Positions 62,312 to 64,000 of a stretch of DNA of 64,000 bases are shown in pieces (position 1 is the stretch's first letter; each line of letters starts with the position of its first letter). A model generated the notes under the pieces. The model made no database searches. It was not told the DNA's origin and saw only the letters and a list, made by a program, of their open reading frames with translations. Source of the stretch: Candidatus Acidiferrales bacterium. Its GTDB lineage: Bacteria > Acidobacteriota > Terriglobia > Acidiferrales > UBA7541. The position numbers and the translations under genes are program-made. The stretch is taken from contig CAVUNS010000007.1 in the NCBI GenBank assembly GCA_963742905.1, forward strand, positions 27,264 through 91,263, written 5' to 3'.

Positions 62312-64000
62312 TCATTTCGGCGCGGGATATTCGTAGCGCAAATTGCCGGGCATGCGATCCGAACGTTGCCGCGTATTGTAGTCGAACTGGTAGCCCAGGT
62401 GGTCCGGGTCCATCGGATACTCTTTGCCCGCGGGATATGGATACGCGATCAGTCCGTGGTGGGGCAGCGGCTCCACAGTGAACGCATTCGCCGCGTAGAA
62501 ATCCAGATCCTTTTCGAAGCCGTCCGCGTAAAAGAAATAATCGCGCACCCAACCTGCCGGTAGCGCCGGCAAGCCCGCGGGATCAAACTGCAGTTTCACG
62601 CCTTCACCGGAGCTGAACACCGTGAATTTATCGTCCGAATGGCTCAGCAGCGTCTTCACGTCGCCGTAGCGCGTGTAATTTCCCGCCGCGCGCGCGTAAG
62701 GACCCGTAGGACTACGGTGCGTGAACGAGTACACCGTATCGCTGGCGGGATTCAGCCGAATCTCCTTGGGGTAGCCGAAGAACCCCAGCTCCGCCGTGGC
62801 CAAAGGCACTTCCTGCACGCGTACGGCCTTCTGCTCGGGCGTCTGGTCAATGCGAATGCGGTCCCAGTAAATCTTCAGATTGGTAACGATGCGGATGCGC
62901 CGGGTGCCTGCGGGAATTTTCCCCGTCAGGTCCGTGACCATGGTGCGCGCCAGCCCAGCGGGGAATCCCATATCGCCAACGACTTTCACCCAGTTCCCGC
63001 GCGCGTCCCGCGCTTCCACGTACGGCGCAATTACCTTGATTCCGGCTTGATCCGCTGCGTACATCGAAGTGGCAGTGAAATAATCCGTGTAGCCGTCCAG
63101 CAGCAGGCGCAACGGTTTCGCCGCATCCCAAGCGCCCAAATCCAGTTCCACCCAGTGCAGCTTGGCAAATCCCGCAAACGGCAAACCTTGGAACTCGGTG
63201 ACGTACTTGCGGTCGTGCCTCTCCAGCAGCGGCAACACATCGCGCCCGCGATCGTCCCAGGCTCCCAGCGGCACACGCGCATTCTGCGTCGCAATTACGC
63301 GAAATTCCGGAAACGGCGGATTGCTAACGAAGCGCTCGTTCGGATTCACTTCAATATTCGCAGGATGATCCACGGCCACCAGCCGCACCTGATCCAGGTA
63401 CACGGTTTCTTCCATCGGCTCCATGAAGCGGAAATCCAGCAGCCCGTTTTTCACTTGCGCACTCTTCGCCGGTACCTTCAGATATTCATCCGGGTCGGGT
63501 ACATCGCGCTCACCGGGGGCGATCCAATGCCCCACAACTCCGGGACCAATCATGTCCGCAATGAACTCGTACTCTTTTCCATTCCACGAAAAAAGAACCG
63601 GACACGAACTCCCGCGCCGGTCCAGCTCGGCAATCTTTTGCGTCTTGTTCGCGGCCAGATCAATTTCGTCCTGCGGCACGCCGGTGGGCCATAACAGCCG
63701 CGCGGCATCAGTCACCTTTTCCGAACCCAGCCCGACCAGCAACATTCCCGCATTTCGTCCCAAATATCCCGACGAGCCGTCCACTTCGAATTTCTGATAC
63801 AGCGCCCCGGCATAAATCTCCACTTTGGTGCCGATCCCACTCTTGTTGTCGTTCAGCGCCTTCAAGTCCACTTGCATCCAGTGATTCTTGTTTGCCCCGG
63901 TATTTCCCAGCAGCACCGGCGCGCCCGCAGCTTGTGTTACCAGCACATCAGGGCTGCCATCGCCTTTGAAATCGGCCACAGCGAGCGCTCGGGGCTGATC
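62312..64000 (-). CDS. FG-GAP/ASPIC-UnbV (CRTAC1-like) secreted protein, 5' end outside the window
   Basis: ADF.GDG.PDV FG-GAP repeat, GIGTKVE...GLG...WPTG, SSCP.LF.WNG. Confidence 0.8.
   Translation of the reverse strand, partial: DQPRALAVADFKGDGSPDVLVTQAAGAPVLLGNTGANKNHWMQVDLKALNDNKSGIGTKVEIYAGALYQKFEVDGSSGYLGRNAGMLLVGLGSEKVTDAARLLWPTGVPQDEIDLAANKTQKIAELDRRGSSCPVLFSWNGKEYEFIADMIGPGVVGHWIAPGERDVPDPDEYLKVPAKSAQVKNGLLDFRFMEPMEETVYLDQVRLVAVDHPANIEVNPNERFVSNPPFPEFRVIATQNARVPLGAWDDRGRDVLPLLERHDRKYVTEFQGLPFAGFAKLHWVELDLGAWDAAKPLRLLLDGYTDYFTATSMYAADQAGIKVIAPYVEARDARGNWVKVVGDMGFPAGLARTMVTDLTGKIPAGTRRIRIVTNLKIYWDRIRIDQTPEQKAVRVQEVPLATAELGFFGYPKEIRLNPASDTVYSFTHRSPTGPYARAAGNYTRYGDVKTLLSHSDDKFTVFSSGEGVKLQFDPAGLPALPAGWVRDYFFYADGFEKDLDFYAANAFTVEPLPHHGLIAYPYPAGKEYPMDPDHLGYQFDYNTRQRSDRMPGNLRYEYPAPK

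Noticed and set aside
1-64000. tRNA, rRNA, integrase, transposase or phage genes
   Set aside because: No cloverleaf or rRNA signatures and no recombinase, transposase or phage motifs recognised by eye

Overview
A 64-kb, GC-rich bacterial chromosomal segment. The gene families and REP styles suggest Acidobacteriota (Terriglobia-like); this is an inference. It holds about 50 genes, mostly housekeeping or metabolic, and I recognise no rRNA, tRNA, CRISPR array or transposase. Many genes at about 4-24 kb and 46.4-48.2 kb are broken by single-base indels, probably long-read assembly errors. Main highlights: (1) a minus-strand operon at 49.6-57.4 kb encoding a Cyc2-like heme-c/beta-barrel fusion, a diheme cytochrome c, a candidate type-1 copper protein and an aa3-type oxidase (subunits II, I, III, III, IV) plus a small CxxC protein. 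The layout mirrors the Acidithiobacillus cyc2-cyc1-cup-coxBACD Fe(II)-oxidation operon, and the oxidase appears to lack the K-channel lysine and two Mg-site carboxylates. (2) A hidden selenoprotein: a radical SAM enzyme whose apparent TGA stop reads C-U-A-E-P and is followed by a SECIS-like hairpin, with an ATP-grasp ligase gene directly downstream. (3) An intact PGI paralog lacking its catalytic motifs, at the head of a HAD-zwf-glk cluster. (4) A probable Lgt-methyltransferase fusion. (5) An orphan pstS with a triple Pho-box-like repeat.
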